Part shown: in pieces, positions 63,221-64,000 of the stretch
How positions within the stretch are numbered: the first letter of the stretch is position 1
Layout of the letters: every line of letters starts with the position of its first letter
Origin: Halorarum halobium
GTDB lineage: Archaea; Halobacteriota; Halobacteria; Halobacteriales; Haloferacaceae
Direction of reading: 5' to 3'
Length of the DNA stretch: 64,000 bases
Assembly: GCF_032116555.1 (NCBI RefSeq)
Contig: NZ_CP134949.1
Span: 2,232,001-2,296,000, forward strand
Notes under the pieces: generated by a model
What the model saw: the letters and a program-made list of their open reading frames with translations, nothing else
The model's database searches: none
What the model was told of the DNA's origin: nothing
Position numbers and translations under genes: made by a program

Positions 63221-63664
63221 CTACGCTTCCGCTTCCCCGCCGTCCGCGTCGTCGCTCCCGGCCTCGGCACCCTCGGCGTGGGCATCCTCAAGCTGGCTGC
63301 GTAGCCCGGGGACGGTGCTCGTGAGCTCGCCGACCTGCTCGTGGGCGTCCTCGATGCTGCCGACGAGGTCGGCGACCTCCTCGATGTCGGTCGCCAGCTC
63401 GTCGTCGTCCTCGAACGCGCCGGCGCGCTCGCCCATCACGTAGCTCTTCTTCGCCTGGCGTAGTTCCTCGGCCGCGTCGCCGGTGTCGAGCGCCGAGCGG
63501 AGGCCGTTGAGCGCGCCGAGCACGTTGTCCGCGTCGGTGTCCCAGACGGCGTCGGCGGTCGGGAGCGTCGCCCGCGCGTTCCGGAGGTGCTTCTCGACGT
63601 CGGCACGGGCCTCGTCGGCCGCCTCGCCGAACAGCTCGTCGTCGTCGAACGTGGTCTGTCCCAT
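63221..63664 (-). CDS. DUF5790-like haloarchaeal protein
   Basis: DDDELFGEAA, ADNVLGALNGL; acidic and helical. Confidence 0.75.
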   Translation of the reverse strand: MGQTTFDDDELFGEAADEARADVEKHLRNARATLPTADAVWDTDADNVLGALNGLRSALDTGDAAEELRQAKKSYVMGERAGAFEDDDELATDIEEVADLVGSIEDAHEQVGELTSTVPGLRSQLEDAHAEGAEAGSDDADGGEAEA

Positions 63665-63727
63665 ACGACCGATTCGGGCCGTCCGTAGTTAAACGGACGC
63701 CCGAAAGTGAAAGTGAAGCTCCCGGTT

Positions 63728-64000
63728 TCACGCCGTCTCGCCGCCGTCGTCGCCCTCGACGGCGATCAGTTTCATCAAGGGGTAGCCGTCCTCCATCTCC
63801 ATCCGCGTTCTCGCGGCCGCTCCCTCGTACTCGATCCGCATCTCCACCTCCATCAGCCGGCCCGTCAACTCCGTGTAGCCGTTCTCGTGGTCGATGGCGT
63901 CGGCCACCGCGTCGTCGTCGATCCACACGTCGACGGACTCGCAGTAGGGCTGGTTCTCGATCGCTTCGGCCATCGCGCGTTCCAGCGAACGCGCGCTGTC
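63728..64000 (-). CDS. mptD: Archaeal dihydroneopterin aldolase (5'-truncated by window edge)
   Basis: SLERAMAEAIENQPYC, YTELTG, YPLM; frame open to the window end. Confidence 0.82.
   Translation of the reverse strand, partial: DSARSLERAMAEAIENQPYCESVDVWIDDDAVADAIDHENGYTELTGRLMEVEMRIEYEGAAARTRMEMEDGYPLMKLIAVEGDDGGETA

Overview
High-GC haloarchaeal (class Halobacteria) chromosomal window, dominated by housekeeping genes encoding acidic proteins. It contains pgk, archaeal-type gap, ilvE, ribB/ribK, argS, a MinD-family ATPase, aRF1, the A-type ATP synthase genes (atpH-I-K-E-C-F-A-B, with atpD separated by an opposite-strand 5'-nucleotidase), carS, pyrE, a purine PRTase/NCS2 pair, proline dehydrogenase, korAB, a polyprenyl synthase, etfAB, pilin-like genes and a partial mptD. 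I found no rRNA, tRNA, CRISPR array or transposase. The most unusual content is non-coding. A modular family of structured palindromic repeats with compensatory base changes occurs in the intergenic regions at about 13.0-13.5, 26.5-26.7 and 50.5-50.7 kb, and a separate inverted pair of about 130-140 bp arms lies at 54.2-54.7 kb. Two genes carry apparent single-base frameshifts (DsbA-like, polyprenyl synthase). The ORF track missed a 38-aa membrane protein. A divergent acyl-CoA dehydrogenase/phosphotransferase pair resembles LvaC/LvaA and ACAD10/11. All product calls come from motif recognition by eye; no database search was run.
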